DNA of 64,000 bases from the NCBI GenBank assembly GCA_965207885.1, contig OZ242311.1:4992001-5056000 (forward strand), written 5' to 3'. The position numbers and the translations under genes were made by a program. Origin of the DNA: Candidatus Latescibacterota bacterium. Lineage in GTDB: Bacteria > Latescibacterota > UBA2968. The notes beneath the pieces were generated by a model. The model searched no databases, had not been told where the DNA came from, and was given only the letters and a program-made list of their open reading frames with translations. How positions within the stretch are numbered: the stretch's first letter is position 1; the number at the start of each line of letters is the position of its first letter. Below are positions 30,556 to 43,052 of the stretch, in pieces.

Positions 30556-31695
30556 TTACAATTCTCCAATCCGCTTCTTCTCAAAAAATTCCCAATCCCA
30601 TTCGGCACCCCATCCGGGATCACTGGGCGGTGTAATATGGCCATTCTCGGGCAAGGGTGGATTGAGCAACCCAATCTCATGACCGCGCACATCCCGGGAC
30701 CCTCCTGGGAAAAACTCGTAATAACTCGTATTCGATATGGCACAAACCAGATGTGCATGCACCAGCCCAAACAACCCACCCGGTCCATTAAATTCAATAT
30801 TTGCACCGTACATCTCCGCCAAATGTGCTAATTTCAACGTCGGAGTTGTACCCAGCCGCGCATTGGCGCGCAGGGCATCGGTTGCCCCGGAAATAATCCA
30901 TTGCGCGCTCAAATCCACATCGTGCATCAAAGTCTCAGGTGCCAAAATGGGAATATCCAGCGCATCGCACAAACGCTGCAAGTTCTTTTGATCTCGATCT
31001 GCCAAAGGCTCTTCAAACCACCCAAACCGCAACGCCTCCAGAGTCTTACCCACCCGAATCGCATCGTGCAACGTATAATCACATCCTGCGGCATCGTGCA
31101 AAATATCGACATCCCTCCCAACCGCATCGCGCACAGCGTGAAAACACGCGATATTTTCATCTGCCGTACCCCCAAAGTGATCTTTTACAGCCAGAAATCC
31201 CATTTCCACTGCCTTTTTTGCATCCGCAGCAGCCTCTTCTTTTGAGCCACTTCTAAAATTGTAATAAGCCGCACAACGAGACCGCGCCCGACCAATCAGA
31301 CCGTGAACGGGCAGCCCCGCAACCTTGCCGGCGATATCCCACAAACAATTGTCAAAAGCGCCAAACCATCCAGGTCGCGTGAACATGCCGCGCGTTGCTT
31401 TGTGTAATTTTTGCGCGAGTCTCTCCCGATCAAATGGATCTTCGCCAATCGCCAGCAACCGCAATTGCTCCAGATCTTCAGAGCGCATCGTCGTGTACCG
31501 CGCATCCCCCACCGTACACACCCCTTCGATGTCTTCGTCTGTCTTTACATGCAAAACGTGTATATGCTCTGCCGACTTACCCGCACCCCGCTTTGCCCAT
31601 CGCTTGCGGGCACCCTGACCGGTTTGTTCCATCCGAAACCGCCCCGTATTGGCGGGCAACTCAAAAACCGAAATCGCAATCGCTCGAATCTTCAC
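30556..31695 (-). CDS. Mandelate racemase/muconate lactonizing (enolase superfamily) enzyme
   Basis: DNCLWDIAGK, KDH, LHDA, WFEEP, APE, PGWG; GGAGG RBS before GTG 31695. Confidence 0.88.
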   Translation of the reverse strand: MKIRAIAISVFELPANTGRFRMEQTGQGARKRWAKRGAGKSAEHIHVLHVKTDEDIEGVCTVGDARYTTMRSEDLEQLRLLAIGEDPFDRERLAQKLHKATRGMFTRPGWFGAFDNCLWDIAGKVAGLPVHGLIGRARSRCAAYYNFRSGSKEEAAADAKKAVEMGFLAVKDHFGGTADENIACFHAVRDAVGRDVDILHDAAGCDYTLHDAIRVGKTLEALRFGWFEEPLADRDQKNLQRLCDALDIPILAPETLMHDVDLSAQWIISGATDALRANARLGTTPTLKLAHLAEMYGANIEFNGPGGLFGLVHAHLVCAISNTSYYEFFPGGSRDVRGHEIGLLNPPLPENGHITPPSDPGWGAEWDWEFFEKKRIGEL

Positions 31696-31711
31696 TTTCA
31701 CCTCCAATCTT

Positions 31712-32362
31712 TCAAAGCAAACTCCTGCGTCCATACACGCTGCAAATGCGGCATTGATGGGGATCATGGCCTCTCGCAGGGCAATATTCTCGTCCAAAAA
31801 AAATAATCTGCAAATGCAGCTTATTCCAAATTTCCGCGGCAAAAATGCGTTTCAAATCGCGCTCGGTCTGCACCACATTTTTGCCACTGGACAATCCCCA
31901 TCGATAGGCGAGACGGTGAATATGCGTATCCACGGGAAATGCCGGCACGCCAAAAGCCTGAGCCATCACCACCGACGCCGTCTTGTGTCCCACGCCGGGC
32001 AATGCTTCCAAACCTTCATAAGATTGGGGCACCTCGCCATCGTGTTCATCCAGCAAAATACGAGACAAATCGAAAATCGCCTGCGCTTTGCGAGGCGCCA
32101 ACCCGCATGGACGAATAATGCCTTCGATTTCTTCAACCGACAGCGCAATCATTTTCTCTGGCGTATCTGCCCTGGCAAATAAAACCGGCGTCACCTGATT
32201 GACCCGCACATCGGTACACTGCGCCGACAACAACACAGCGACCAGCAAGGTATAGGCACTCCCGTGTCTCAGCGATCCTTCGGGATCGGGATACAACTCA
32301 TCTAAAATCTCAGCAATTCTTTCGGCTTTCTCGGCTTTACTAAAACGCTTTTTCAAATTCAT
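31712..32362 (-). CDS. nth: Endonuclease III
   Basis: LLSAQCTD, LPGVGHKTA HhH, VDTHIHR, C-terminal Cys cluster. Confidence 0.95.
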   Translation of the reverse strand: MNLKKRFSKAEKAERIAEILDELYPDPEGSLRHGSAYTLLVAVLLSAQCTDVRVNQVTPVLFARADTPEKMIALSVEEIEGIIRPCGLAPRKAQAIFDLSRILLDEHDGEVPQSYEGLEALPGVGHKTASVVMAQAFGVPAFPVDTHIHRLAYRWGLSSGKNVVQTERDLKRIFAAEIWNKLHLQIIFFGREYCPARGHDPHQCRICSVYGRRSLL

Positions 32363-32381
32363 TCTCCACACAAATTGAAAA

Positions 32382-33533
32382 CTAATCGCCCGTCTGCGGC
32401 ACAAAGCCGCTGGGAGCTTTCACTTTATGGATAAACAACTGAATACCAATCGTCATCAGAATAACCATACTACCCATCAAATAGGGCAATCGCGCATTAA
32501 AATACTCGGCAACAAGACCACCGAGGAGCGGACCAAATAAAAATCCACTCCCCACAATCGCTTCGTGAATACCCGTGCGACGACCTCCTGGACCTTCGGC
32601 GTACAAACTGTAAAAAATACTCGCTGTAAACGTCACCCCAATAAGCCCGCCCAGCAGCAAAAAACCACATGCAAAAACAATCGGTTTTGTACCCATCCCG
32701 ATCAAACCGAGGCCAAAAGCTCCCAAAAGCTGAGCAAAAATAATAGGTGACAGGCGAAATTGCCATCGATCTGTCCGCGACATAAAATAAAAAACCGCAA
32801 GTTGGGTCAAAGCGATCAGCGCGAGCAAAAACCCCAGCAAATCCGGTGAAATGCCGAGATCCGTCGCCAATTTTGGAAAGAGCGCACGTATAAGCCCAAT
32901 CACAAAAAACGTTGCAAAATTGGCCAGCAATGCAAGAGGAAAAAAATGTCCTGACGTCGCAACAACCGATCTTGTAGCCGCAACACCTGGCTCCGATTCC
33001 AAAATGGGAACGACGATCAGCCCCAGAAATAACAGAAACACAAAAAAGCCAGACAAAACAAATCCGCTAAACGGGTGGAACGCGAACAACACACCACCAG
33101 CGGCTGGGCCAACAAACACGCCCAATGTCCACGCCACATTGAATCGCCCCAAAGCGGGTAATAACATATCTCGCGATTTCCCGCGCCCAAGATAGGCTTG
33201 CATTGGGGGCCAATAATGTGCAATGGCAACAGCAGTAAGCACAGAAAGCACAACAAAATGCCAGATGCGATTGACGCCGATATATCCCACAAATGCCAGA
33301 AAAAGACAAAAACTCCCAATTCTCATAATCTGACGATAACCCATCCGGTCTGAAAGGCGGCCAGAAACGAGACTGGTCACAGAATAAGCCAATGCACCCC
33401 AGGCATTGATGTGCCCGAGATCGTCATAAGTCGCACCGAATTGCAGGGCGTATAATGGAACGCAAATGCCCACAATGGAAAAACAGCTATCCATTAAAAA
33501 GGCATTGACATACAAAAAAGTATCTTTTTTCAC
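32382..33533 (-). CDS. MFS transporter
   Basis: About 12 hydrophobic helices; GRLSDRMGYR motif A. Confidence 0.9.
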   Translation of the reverse strand: MKKDTFLYVNAFLMDSCFSIVGICVPLYALQFGATYDDLGHINAWGALAYSVTSLVSGRLSDRMGYRQIMRIGSFCLFLAFVGYIGVNRIWHFVVLSVLTAVAIAHYWPPMQAYLGRGKSRDMLLPALGRFNVAWTLGVFVGPAAGGVLFAFHPFSGFVLSGFFVFLLFLGLIVVPILESEPGVAATRSVVATSGHFFPLALLANFATFFVIGLIRALFPKLATDLGISPDLLGFLLALIALTQLAVFYFMSRTDRWQFRLSPIIFAQLLGAFGLGLIGMGTKPIVFACGFLLLGGLIGVTFTASIFYSLYAEGPGGRRTGIHEAIVGSGFLFGPLLGGLVAEYFNARLPYLMGSMVILMTIGIQLFIHKVKAPSGFVPQTGD

Positions 33534-33550
33534 AAAAGGAGATATCTCCT

Positions 33551-33579
33551 AAAAAAAAAGGGACTCAAAAGAGTCCCTT
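33551..33579 (-). terminator. Intrinsic terminator after the TPR gene
   Basis: GGGACTC-aaaa-GAGTCCC preceded by A9 on the plus strand (U-tract on minus). Confidence 0.8.
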
Positions 33580-33608
33580 CTAATTTTTTACAAAAAGCAT
33601 TGTGCTAC

Positions 33609-34805
33609 TTACTGTGCCTCTTCTTCTCCACCGCCCATTGGATTGAGGATGCGATCAATCTGGTCTTCGGCGTATTTCTTGTATTGGCGATTCCCAAGTG
33701 CTTTTTTGTAATGAGCAATCGCTCTTTCTTTTTGACCAAGCTCGCGATAACAATCGCCCAGAATGACATTGGCGGGCACTTTCCATTTAGACGAAGACAC
33801 GGCTTTATTGGCGTGCCTGATGGCATTTTGGTATTGCTTGAGTCCAAAATAAGGCTCAGATATCCGATAATTTGCCTCGGCTGTATTCTTAATGCCCAGT
33901 GCCCTTTTGTAGGAAGCAACAGCATTTGTGTACTGTCTGGCATCTGAATAGGCTTTGCCAAGTGCTGTGTGAACCGTTGCATTTTTGGGGTCAACCTGTG
34001 CCGCTTTTGAAAGCACGGAAATCGCTTTGCTATTTTGCTTCATCGCCTGATAGACCGCTGCCAGGCTCAAACGAGACCTTGTATCTTTTGCGTCGGCTTG
34101 AATCGCATTTAAGTACGCCCTTGCTGCACTGCTATTTTTGCCGGTCGCCTTGAAGAGATCTCCTAAACCGCGATGGGCTTTGCCATAGTTCGGATCTAAC
34201 TCAATGGCGGTTTCAAGTGCTTCGCGTGCGGCATTTACACTGCGAGCATTTCTATGAGCCAATCCCAAATTGTAAAATACGGTCGCATCCGAAGGATCGA
34301 CTTGCGTGGCACTTTCATACTGACCCGCTGCAGCCTTGTAATTGCGCCGTTTGAACAACATAGTGCCTTCTTGAAGATAAGCCACCTTTAACCTATCCCG
34401 TGCTTTGCCGTCGGCAAAACTGGGATCAATCGACAGCACCTTTTGCATGCTCGCCTGGGCACCTGTATAGTCTTTGGTCTGCAATTGCAATTCGCCCATC
34501 TCAAAATAAGCGGCTGCGTAATCCGTCTTGATTGAAGTCGCCATTTGATAAGCTTCTATGGCCTTTGTGTAATTGCGGAGCTTTCGATATGTCGTGCCTA
34601 TCGCGCGATATGCCTGCGCGTTTTTAGCATCAATTTTTACAGCCTCTTCAAAGGCTACGAGAGCTTTTTGATACTGTCTTTTTTTGTATAATTCCTGTCC
34701 AGAATTGTATTTTTCAGCCGATTCGGGACTCACAACCTGTGCAAGGGCAGAGCCAGCCATTAGCACAGACAGTGAAAGCATCGCAAGGAAGGAACGCATG
34801 GACAT
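33609..34805 (-). CDS. Exported tetratricopeptide repeat protein
   Basis: Signal peptide ending ALA-Q; multiple TPR repeats. Confidence 0.88.
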   Translation of the reverse strand: MSMRSFLAMLSLSVLMAGSALAQVVSPESAEKYNSGQELYKKRQYQKALVAFEEAVKIDAKNAQAYRAIGTTYRKLRNYTKAIEAYQMATSIKTDYAAAYFEMGELQLQTKDYTGAQASMQKVLSIDPSFADGKARDRLKVAYLQEGTMLFKRRNYKAAAGQYESATQVDPSDATVFYNLGLAHRNARSVNAAREALETAIELDPNYGKAHRGLGDLFKATGKNSSAARAYLNAIQADAKDTRSRLSLAAVYQAMKQNSKAISVLSKAAQVDPKNATVHTALGKAYSDARQYTNAVASYKRALGIKNTAEANYRISEPYFGLKQYQNAIRHANKAVSSSKWKVPANVILGDCYRELGQKERAIAHYKKALGNRQYKKYAEDQIDRILNPMGGGEEEAQ

Positions 34806-34913
34806 GGGGAATCTCCTGTATTTTGAACCTTTACAAAGACTTAAAATTCGGATTAGGCAATATATATTGTAAAATTTCGGCGTATATGTCAAGTATTGTT
34901 TACATATTTACAC

Positions 34914-34949
34914 AAAAAAGGCCATTGTACACCCTGCACAATGGCCTTT
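34914..34949 (-). terminator. Intrinsic terminator after tonB
   Basis: AAGGCCATTGT..ACAATGGCCTT stem with adjacent A-run. Confidence 0.8.
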
Positions 34950-34974
34950 CGCAAATCAAAATAGCCACCTTACC

Positions 34975-35622
34975 TTAGTTCAAGCGGAAAGACATCGGCT
35001 GTGTCATCCAAACAGAAACCGGCTTGTCATTTTGTTGGGCTGGTTCAAACCTGAATTGCAGAACAGCATCAATCGCCGCTTGACGGAAAATTTCTTGACC
35101 TCTAAGTACAGTCACATTGCTTACCCGACCATTCTTATCAACCAAAAACTTCAAAAACACTTTTCCAGTCAACCCGGCTTTGCGGGCAATTTCAGGATAT
35201 TTAGGATTTACCTGATGTTTGACTTTTGGTTTTTGCTCAACCATATAAAACTCGAGGATTTCTTCTTCTTCCTCATATGAACCCGGCGGCGGTGGCGGCG
35301 GCATATCGACCATTGCATCGTCAAAATCGAGATCAGTACTCTCAATAGTCACGTCATCGGGCACATCGTCGCTCTCTGTTTCAATTGGCACAGCAGGTCG
35401 CGGCGGCGGCGGTGGACGTTTAATCTGACGGGTTTCTGGAATATCCACATTTTCAATAATGATCTGTTTCTTCTTGCGATCACTCGCAGAGGCTTCAAAA
35501 GTTGGAAAAATCACAGCCACGGCGGTGTGCAGGACAAACGTGACCAATGTGCAATATCCAAAAACCTTATTATAAGAACGTCGCAAATCGGCTTCTGGTG
35601 CTTTTCCCCGAATCATTGCCAT
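34975..35622 (-). CDS. tonB: Energy transducer TonB
   Basis: N-terminal TM with His, Pro-rich linker, YPEIARKAG..G.V..FEPA C-terminal domain. Confidence 0.92.
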   Translation of the reverse strand: MAMIRGKAPEADLRRSYNKVFGYCTLVTFVLHTAVAVIFPTFEASASDRKKKQIIIENVDIPETRQIKRPPPPPRPAVPIETESDDVPDDVTIESTDLDFDDAMVDMPPPPPPGSYEEEEEILEFYMVEQKPKVKHQVNPKYPEIARKAGLTGKVFLKFLVDKNGRVSNVTVLRGQEIFRQAAIDAVLQFRFEPAQQNDKPVSVWMTQPMSFRLN

Positions 35623-35625
35623 AGC

Positions 35626-36033
35626 TTACCCCTCTCGGTTGGTCGCAAAGTTGATGCGCAGCGCATCGGCCTTGCGCAATTCTTCCATCACACTACTGAT
35701 CAATCCATAAGGCGCGCGGTAGTCACATTTGAGTGATACGACCATGCGGGGATCTTTGACACGGCGATCGTAAAAAATCCCGGCTATCTGATCGAGATTC
35801 GCCAGCTTGTCGTCAATATAGATTTTGCGATCAGCAGAAACCCATAGATAGTTGATGTGACGACGTTTCTTGAGTTCTTCGATTTTTTCGGCCTTGGGCA
35901 TAATAATGCCCGTCACGCGGTAGCGGACAAAAACCGTAGATACCATAAAGAAAATGAGCAGCAAAAAAGTAATGTCGGCCATAGACCCGGTGGGGATGCT
36001 GTGTGAGACACCACCTTTTTTCTTAAAATTCAT
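35626..36033 (-). CDS. exbD: Biopolymer transport ExbD
   Basis: SMADITFLLLIFFMV, LKCD..APYG. Confidence 0.92.
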   Translation of the reverse strand: MNFKKKGGVSHSIPTGSMADITFLLLIFFMVSTVFVRYRVTGIIMPKAEKIEELKKRRHINYLWVSADRKIYIDDKLANLDQIAGIFYDRRVKDPRMVVSLKCDYRAPYGLISSVMEELRKADALRINFATNREG

Positions 36034-36048
36034 GAAAACCTCCTGAAC

Positions 36049-36453
36049 TTACTCACTGGGCGAAGCGAGCGAAATTTTATCTGCCCCTGACAATTTAATC
36101 TCGTCGAGCACATCGATGAATTGCTCATAGGGCGTTTCTTCGTCTGCCTTTAATGAAATGATCAGCTTATCATTTTGCGCCAATCGCTGCTCAATATCTG
36201 CTCGAAGCATATTCAACGGGATACTCTGTTCCAAATTGATGAGAATATCCCCATTGACATTGACCCAGATGTTGCAAATATTCTTCTTCTGGATTTTCTT
36301 GGACTCGCCCGGCGGAGGCAAGTGCATACCAATACCCTTATCCTGGTTCATCGTGGTAGTCACCAGAAAAAACACCAGCAACAAAAATACGATATCAGCC
36401 ATAGACCCGGTGGGGATTTCAGGTGAAGATTTTTCGCGTCGCTGAAGGGCCAT
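36049..36453 (-). CDS. exbD: Biopolymer transport ExbD
   Basis: SMADIVFLLLVFFLV, LKADEETPY. Confidence 0.92.
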   Translation of the reverse strand: MALQRREKSSPEIPTGSMADIVFLLLVFFLVTTTMNQDKGIGMHLPPPGESKKIQKKNICNIWVNVNGDILINLEQSIPLNMLRADIEQRLAQNDKLIISLKADEETPYEQFIDVLDEIKLSGADKISLASPSE

Positions 36454-36456
36454 GTT

Positions 36457-37077
36457 TTAGTCCTCCTTGCCGTAGCCCAACTGAATCAGGTCATCGACAA
36501 ATTGATTGGAACTTTCCTGGAGATCGATGATGATCTTGTCAATCTTTGACAGGAAGAAATTGTATGCAGCCTGTACTGGAATAGCAACCACCAGGCCCGA
36601 AGCTGTTGTAATCAAAGCTTCAGAAATACCACCGGCCACAACACTGGGATCAACATCGCCAGCAGCGGCAATATCGTTAAAAGCCCGGATCATACCCGAC
36701 ACAGTGCCAAGGAAGCCGACAAGAGGTGCCAGGTTTGCGACCGTGGAAAGCCACACGAGACCACGCTCGAGAAAAGCCATTTCGATAGCGCCGGATTCCT
36801 CAATCGACTTTTCCACATGTTCAATACCGCGATCCAAACGCAACAACCCTGCGTGCAACACCGTAGCGACCGGGCCGCGCGTATTGGAACACAACTCGGC
36901 AGCACCTTCTGGCCCATTCTGCTTGAGGGCATCCTGAAGCTCTACCATAAACTCTTTGGCATTGATGTGTGCCTTAAAAAGCGTGTAAAAGCGCTCAATC
37001 ATCACCACAACACCAAAAAACAACATCACCAGCAACGGATACATAAAGTTTCCGCCTTTAATAAAAAGATCAACCAT
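36457..37077 (-). CDS. exbB: MotA/TolQ/ExbB proton channel protein
   Basis: APLVGFLGTVSGMI.AF, GISEALITTASGL.VAIP. Confidence 0.93.
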   Translation of the reverse strand: MVDLFIKGGNFMYPLLVMLFFGVVVMIERFYTLFKAHINAKEFMVELQDALKQNGPEGAAELCSNTRGPVATVLHAGLLRLDRGIEHVEKSIEESGAIEMAFLERGLVWLSTVANLAPLVGFLGTVSGMIRAFNDIAAAGDVDPSVVAGGISEALITTASGLVVAIPVQAAYNFFLSKIDKIIIDLQESSNQFVDDLIQLGYGKED

Positions 37078-37149
37078 GCCACATCTCCCAGGTTAGGTTA
37101 TGAATTACGTGTGAATGCGAAAAAAATGGATTAACAACACAAAAGCCCT

Positions 37150-38346
37150 TTACTTTTTACCTTCGGTTTCCACCTCCTCCTTTTTCTTTTTACTACCTTC
37201 AAAAAATTCTCGACGCTTCTTTTCTTCTTCTGTCAGGGGTGGATCAAGTGTCAGGATCATTGCGTTGGCATTGCCCTTCCACTGCGGGTCTTTCAACGCC
37301 CTTCGATACCATATCAAGGCATTGATCGAATCCTGTTTTGCACTTGAATTTTCCCACCTGTCAAAATAATGTTCGCCCCTCATAAAGGGGTACCTGCCAT
37401 TTTGGGGATCTTGTTTCAATCCCTTATTGACCCACTTGAGACTCTCGGTCAACACAGCCAGTTCTTCTATCACTCCCAAATTGTCGGGCTGCATAGCGTG
37501 TAATTTTTCAAGCCGACCAACCACCCAGCTTTCGGATTTACTCAACCTCTTGCCCAATTTAATGGTCTCTTCCAGAAAGAAAACACTCGAGACATCATTT
37601 TGATACAATTTTTCAAAGGCATCAAAGGCTTTATCATCATCGCCTCTCTGATCATACATACCCGCCAATTTTTCCAGCGTAGCATAATCATCGGGATTTA
37701 TCTCCAGCACTTTTTCCATTTCGGCCAGAGCTTCGTCCTCGCCGCCTGTTCGCAGATGTAATTTACCAATCATATCCCGCACTTCGGGATCATCGGGAGC
37801 CAATTCACCCCACTTTTTGGCATACTCCAATGCTTGTTCATAGTCTTCAGTTTCGACACTCAAACTGACCAGCGCGTGATAATATTTAATTTTTTCCTCT
37901 GCCGTGAGGTCAAATCCCAGCAACGCTTCATAAGCCCCAATGGCTTTATCGGGCTGTTCTTCTATAATATAGATGCGGGCCAATGCGATGTGTGCTATCT
38001 TCGTGTATTTGCTTTTGGGGTCGAGTTCAACAGCTTTGTGCAACCAGGTAATCGCATCTTCGTATTTTTCTATTTCTTCGTACAACTTACCCAGGTATCG
38101 AGCTGTTGTTGATCTTTTGGGATTAAAACCCCACGATTTCAAAAATTGCGTTTCGGCATCTTCATATTGCTTGCTCTTGAGGTATCGAGCACCAAAAGAC
38201 AGGTGTTGACTGGCCTTCTTAATAGAATCAGCCTGTGTCATCTCGGGTTCGCCATCTTCGGCAAAACAGATTGACGCTGTACCCAGAAGAAAAAAACTGC
38301 AAAACAAAGCCGAAAAACCAGATCGGAATTTCCAATTTAAAATCAT
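37150..38346 (-). CDS. Exported tetratricopeptide repeat protein
   Basis: Signal peptide plus TPR repeats; first gene of the exbBD-tonB run. Confidence 0.85.
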   Translation of the reverse strand: MILNWKFRSGFSALFCSFFLLGTASICFAEDGEPEMTQADSIKKASQHLSFGARYLKSKQYEDAETQFLKSWGFNPKRSTTARYLGKLYEEIEKYEDAITWLHKAVELDPKSKYTKIAHIALARIYIIEEQPDKAIGAYEALLGFDLTAEEKIKYYHALVSLSVETEDYEQALEYAKKWGELAPDDPEVRDMIGKLHLRTGGEDEALAEMEKVLEINPDDYATLEKLAGMYDQRGDDDKAFDAFEKLYQNDVSSVFFLEETIKLGKRLSKSESWVVGRLEKLHAMQPDNLGVIEELAVLTESLKWVNKGLKQDPQNGRYPFMRGEHYFDRWENSSAKQDSINALIWYRRALKDPQWKGNANAMILTLDPPLTEEEKKRREFFEGSKKKKEEVETEGKK

Positions 38347-38477
38347 GGTCCCAATCTCCATACTATATGGGGATGAAAAATCGCGGAAAACGACACATAA
38401 CAGGCCGTTTTCCCTCCTTGAGAACAATATACAACCCACAGCAAAGAATAATGCGATTACAGGTACCAGGGCTGAAG

Positions 38478-38506
38478 AATCTAATGAATGAAAAAAAACC
38501 TGTCAA
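38478..38506 (-). promoter_or_regulatory. Sigma70-type promoter for the TPR-exbBD-tonB operon
   Basis: TTGACA-17 bp-TAGATT on the minus strand. Confidence 0.6.
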
Positions 38507-38745
38507 GCCAAAATCTGCTTCAAATTAAACGAAATATAAATCAATAGAGTTCCCGGTATATCCAACACTGCAACAATGTTTTATGAGGAGTGTTAATTAT
38601 CTCAGTTTTGAAAATGTAAGATAGCTAATTAACTAAGAGCAATATTAGAAGTTTGGGTTAATTAAAAATAAAAATATAAGCCGTAGAGATCGCTGTCAAC
38701 CCCTTTTCCAGAGACCATTGAGAACAAAATTCTATTTCACGCATA

Positions 38746-38774
38746 TTGACAGAACAAAAGAGAAGCGGTATATT
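38746..38774 (+). promoter_or_regulatory. Sigma70-type promoter for guaB
   Basis: TTGACA-17 bp-TATATT. Confidence 0.75.
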
Positions 38775-38806
38775 TGGCAAATCCAATCGCAATTTGGAGA
38801 ACCATC

Positions 38807-38905
38807 ATGCACCAGAAGTTTTACACTTATTGTTGTCGCAAAAAACGGCGGGTTACACCGCCGCCAGGCCTCAGAGCGGAGTGTGTAACTGTGCCTGCCT
38901 CCTGA
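38807..38905 (+). CDS. Putative guaB leader peptide (32 aa, [32 protein letters not shown])
   Basis: GGAGA RBS 6 nt before ATG; stop codon abuts the terminator hairpin. Confidence 0.45.
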   Translation: MHQKFYTYCCRKKRRVTPPPGLRAECVTVPAS

Positions 38906-38940
38906 ATCCCCTTGATGTGTCTGCGTCAAGGGGATTTTTG
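38905..38940 (+). terminator. Intrinsic terminator in the guaB 5' leader (candidate attenuator)
   Basis: AATCCCCTTGA-tgtgtctgcg-TCAAGGGGATT followed by TTTG. Confidence 0.75.
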
Positions 38941-38996
38941 TATTCGACTCAAAAGAGGGAAAATAATCCTCATCAACTTTCTCGACTTCACTATAG

Positions 38997-40493
<1,497 letters not shown>

Positions 40494-40606
40494 AACGAAT
40501 AGACGAACCCCGCCCAACCACCCAAAATCAGTGCGAACTCCATTAGCAGATTCGCTGATTCGCTGACCGGATGTCCTGAATTGCCATAAGTGCTGAGGAT
40601 AACACC

Positions 40607-42265
40607 ATGCCAGACCGCCCCAACATTCTCGTCCTCATGACCGACCAGCAGCGCGCAGATGCCATGGGCTGCGCTGGAAATACAACAATCCGCACGCCCA
40701 ACCTCGACGCGCTCGCCAGTTCAGGGATTCGCTTTGCACAGGCCGTCACGCCCACCCCCGTCTGCGTTGCTGCGCGCATGAGTTTTATCACCGGTCACAG
40801 AATGTCCCGACACCACTGGACAGACAACAGTGCGCTACCTGGTCCCTTACCCGAACTTCCCACCATCATGACGCTTCTTCTGCGCGCCGGGTACTGGACA
40901 CAGGGCATTGGGAAAATGCACTTTCACGGTCGGCACTACGGCTTCCGAAATCTCCTCACAATGGAAGAAGGCATCGATTATTGGGTCAATGACGACTACA
41001 TCCGCTATCTGCGAGAAAACGGTGTTCGCACCCGTTTTCCCAAAGGCATCCGCGACCTGCTCTTCTTCCAGCCCCAAACCTGTGGCATACCTGTTGAACA
41101 CCACAAAAATACCTGGGTCGCCAACCGATCCATTGACTTTCTCCGCGAACACACGCGCTACCGCGCCAATCAACCCTTTTTCCTGTGGAGTTCCTGGATA
41201 TCACCGCATCCGCCCTTTGCACCCTGCGAACCGTACGACGACATGTACGACCCCGCCGACATGGAACTTCCGCCCTTTGCCGACCGCCCTATCGAAACCC
41301 TGCCACCCAATTTTTACGGCAGCCGCGGACGTCTGGACGGTGCCCATCGCGATCCCGACCGCCTGCGCCGCCTGCGTGCCCTTTACTATGGCCTCATCTC
41401 TCATGTTGACGACGGCATTGGTCGCATTTTGAATGAACTCGAAACCCTCGGCCTATCCGATAACACTGTCGTCCTCTTTGTCTCAGACCACGGTGAAATG
41501 ATGGGCGAACACGGCCTCTCGCAAAAAAACTGCCCTTATGAATCCTCCGTCCGCATTCCATATCTCCTCCGCTGGCCCGGCAAAACGCGAGCGGGGCAAC
41601 AACGCGATGACCTCGTCAGCCTGCTCGACTTCTTTCCCACCCTCATAGAAGAACTCGACCTCCAGTACCCAGAAGAACACGGTCCGTTATCAGGAGCGAA
41701 TCTCCTCGGCACAACAGGTGGGGGCCTGGCAGAGCCTCGAGAATCCGCGATTATAGACTATGGCAAGGGCAAAGGACGCTGGATTTCAGCGCGCAACCAG
41801 AAACACAAATACGCCTTTTTTGCCCGCGGCGGAATCGAAGAACTCTACCACCTTGAAAACGATCCACACGAACAGCACAACCTCATCGCCGAAAACCCCG
41901 CATTGGCGTCAAAATTTCGCGATCAAATCACCGTCTGGGAACGACAATATGGCCTGAGTAATTCGCTTGACGGCGATAGGCTGCGCTCGTATCCCGGTCC
42001 GGCCCGCATACCCACAGAAGAAGAATGTCGCACGGTCAACCTCAACGACGGCCCCTGGCCCAAGCGCTTACCCGATGATGAAAAAGACAGTATCGAAACC
42101 TTTGCCGAAGCATTTACCCGCGCCATCAGCAAAGAAACCACCTTATCGCCCGACAAATTGAGCATCGGAAAATATAAAGAACAAGTGCTCAAACGCGGTC
42201 CCCGAGATATCGCCGCAGAATCGCTTGAAGGCACGCCGTGGGAAGACGCCTGGCACAACGCATAA
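40607..42265 (+). CDS. Sulfatase
   Basis: RPNIL..DQQR, CVAAR (CxAxR variant), GKMH, SDHGE. Confidence 0.9.
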   Translation: MPDRPNILVLMTDQQRADAMGCAGNTTIRTPNLDALASSGIRFAQAVTPTPVCVAARMSFITGHRMSRHHWTDNSALPGPLPELPTIMTLLLRAGYWTQGIGKMHFHGRHYGFRNLLTMEEGIDYWVNDDYIRYLRENGVRTRFPKGIRDLLFFQPQTCGIPVEHHKNTWVANRSIDFLREHTRYRANQPFFLWSSWISPHPPFAPCEPYDDMYDPADMELPPFADRPIETLPPNFYGSRGRLDGAHRDPDRLRRLRALYYGLISHVDDGIGRILNELETLGLSDNTVVLFVSDHGEMMGEHGLSQKNCPYESSVRIPYLLRWPGKTRAGQQRDDLVSLLDFFPTLIEELDLQYPEEHGPLSGANLLGTTGGGLAEPRESAIIDYGKGKGRWISARNQKHKYAFFARGGIEELYHLENDPHEQHNLIAENPALASKFRDQITVWERQYGLSNSLDGDRLRSYPGPARIPTEEECRTVNLNDGPWPKRLPDDEKDSIETFAEAFTRAISKETTLSPDKLSIGKYKEQVLKRGPRDIAAESLEGTPWEDAWHNA

Positions 42266-42308
42266 GCACTGAAAAAACCCATTCATATTAGATAGTCCGA
42301 TTAATCCC

Positions 42309-43052
42309 ATGCCAGACTACGCCACTTTTGAAAACCGCTTAAAAAATATCGCGCACCCCGACATTGGCCATCACATCATTGGCCATGTTCACGGTTATGC
42401 TTTTCATTGCCTCACAATTGGCAAACCCGCGCCATCAAAACCGAATATTCTCCTCTCGGCAGGTGTACACGGCGATGAACCCGCGGGGGTCGAAGCCATC
42501 CTTCAATTTCTCGAACGCGATATCGCAGATATAATCCAGCACTTTCACATCGTCGTTTTACCCTGTGTCAACCCTTCTGGATACGTCAACAACCAGCGAG
42601 AAAATATCCAGGGTGAAGACATCAATCGCGCTTTCAAAAACGAAGTCCCCGAATCCACCCTTTTCAAACAGCAGCTTGCGGGATATCGTTTTGACATCTT
42701 TCTCGACATGCACGAAGATTACGACGCAACAGGTACTTATTTTTACGAAGGCAAACGCGATAGCGCGTGGTTGGCCCCAGCCATCGCACAACAGGCAAAA
42801 AAAATTGGTCCCCTGGATGCGGATACCGCTGAAACCGATATCCCACTCGCAGAGGGCGTCTTGCAAATCGATCCCGCCTGGGGTGAAAGCGGTTTTACCT
42901 CTTATGTCTATATCCATCATGCCGGCCACGTCATGATCACTGAAACATCATCCAACTGGCCTATGGATAGGCGAGCTAAAGTACACCTGCTCGCCCTTGA
43001 TATGATCCTCGATCACTATTCGACGGCACTCAAAGGAGAACCACGTGAATAA
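42309..43052 (+). CDS. M14-family zinc carboxypeptidase / succinylglutamate desuccinylase-like
   Basis: [25 protein letters not shown]. Confidence 0.88.
   Translation: MPDYATFENRLKNIAHPDIGHHIIGHVHGYAFHCLTIGKPAPSKPNILLSAGVHGDEPAGVEAILQFLERDIADIIQHFHIVVLPCVNPSGYVNNQRENIQGEDINRAFKNEVPESTLFKQQLAGYRFDIFLDMHEDYDATGTYFYEGKRDSAWLAPAIAQQAKKIGPLDADTAETDIPLAEGVLQIDPAWGESGFTSYVYIHHAGHVMITETSSNWPMDRRAKVHLLALDMILDHYSTALKGEPRE

Noticed and set aside
38780-38940. Assignment to a known purine, ZTP or ykkC riboswitch
   Set aside because: Diagnostic conserved motifs were not recognisable by eye; kept only as an unassigned candidate
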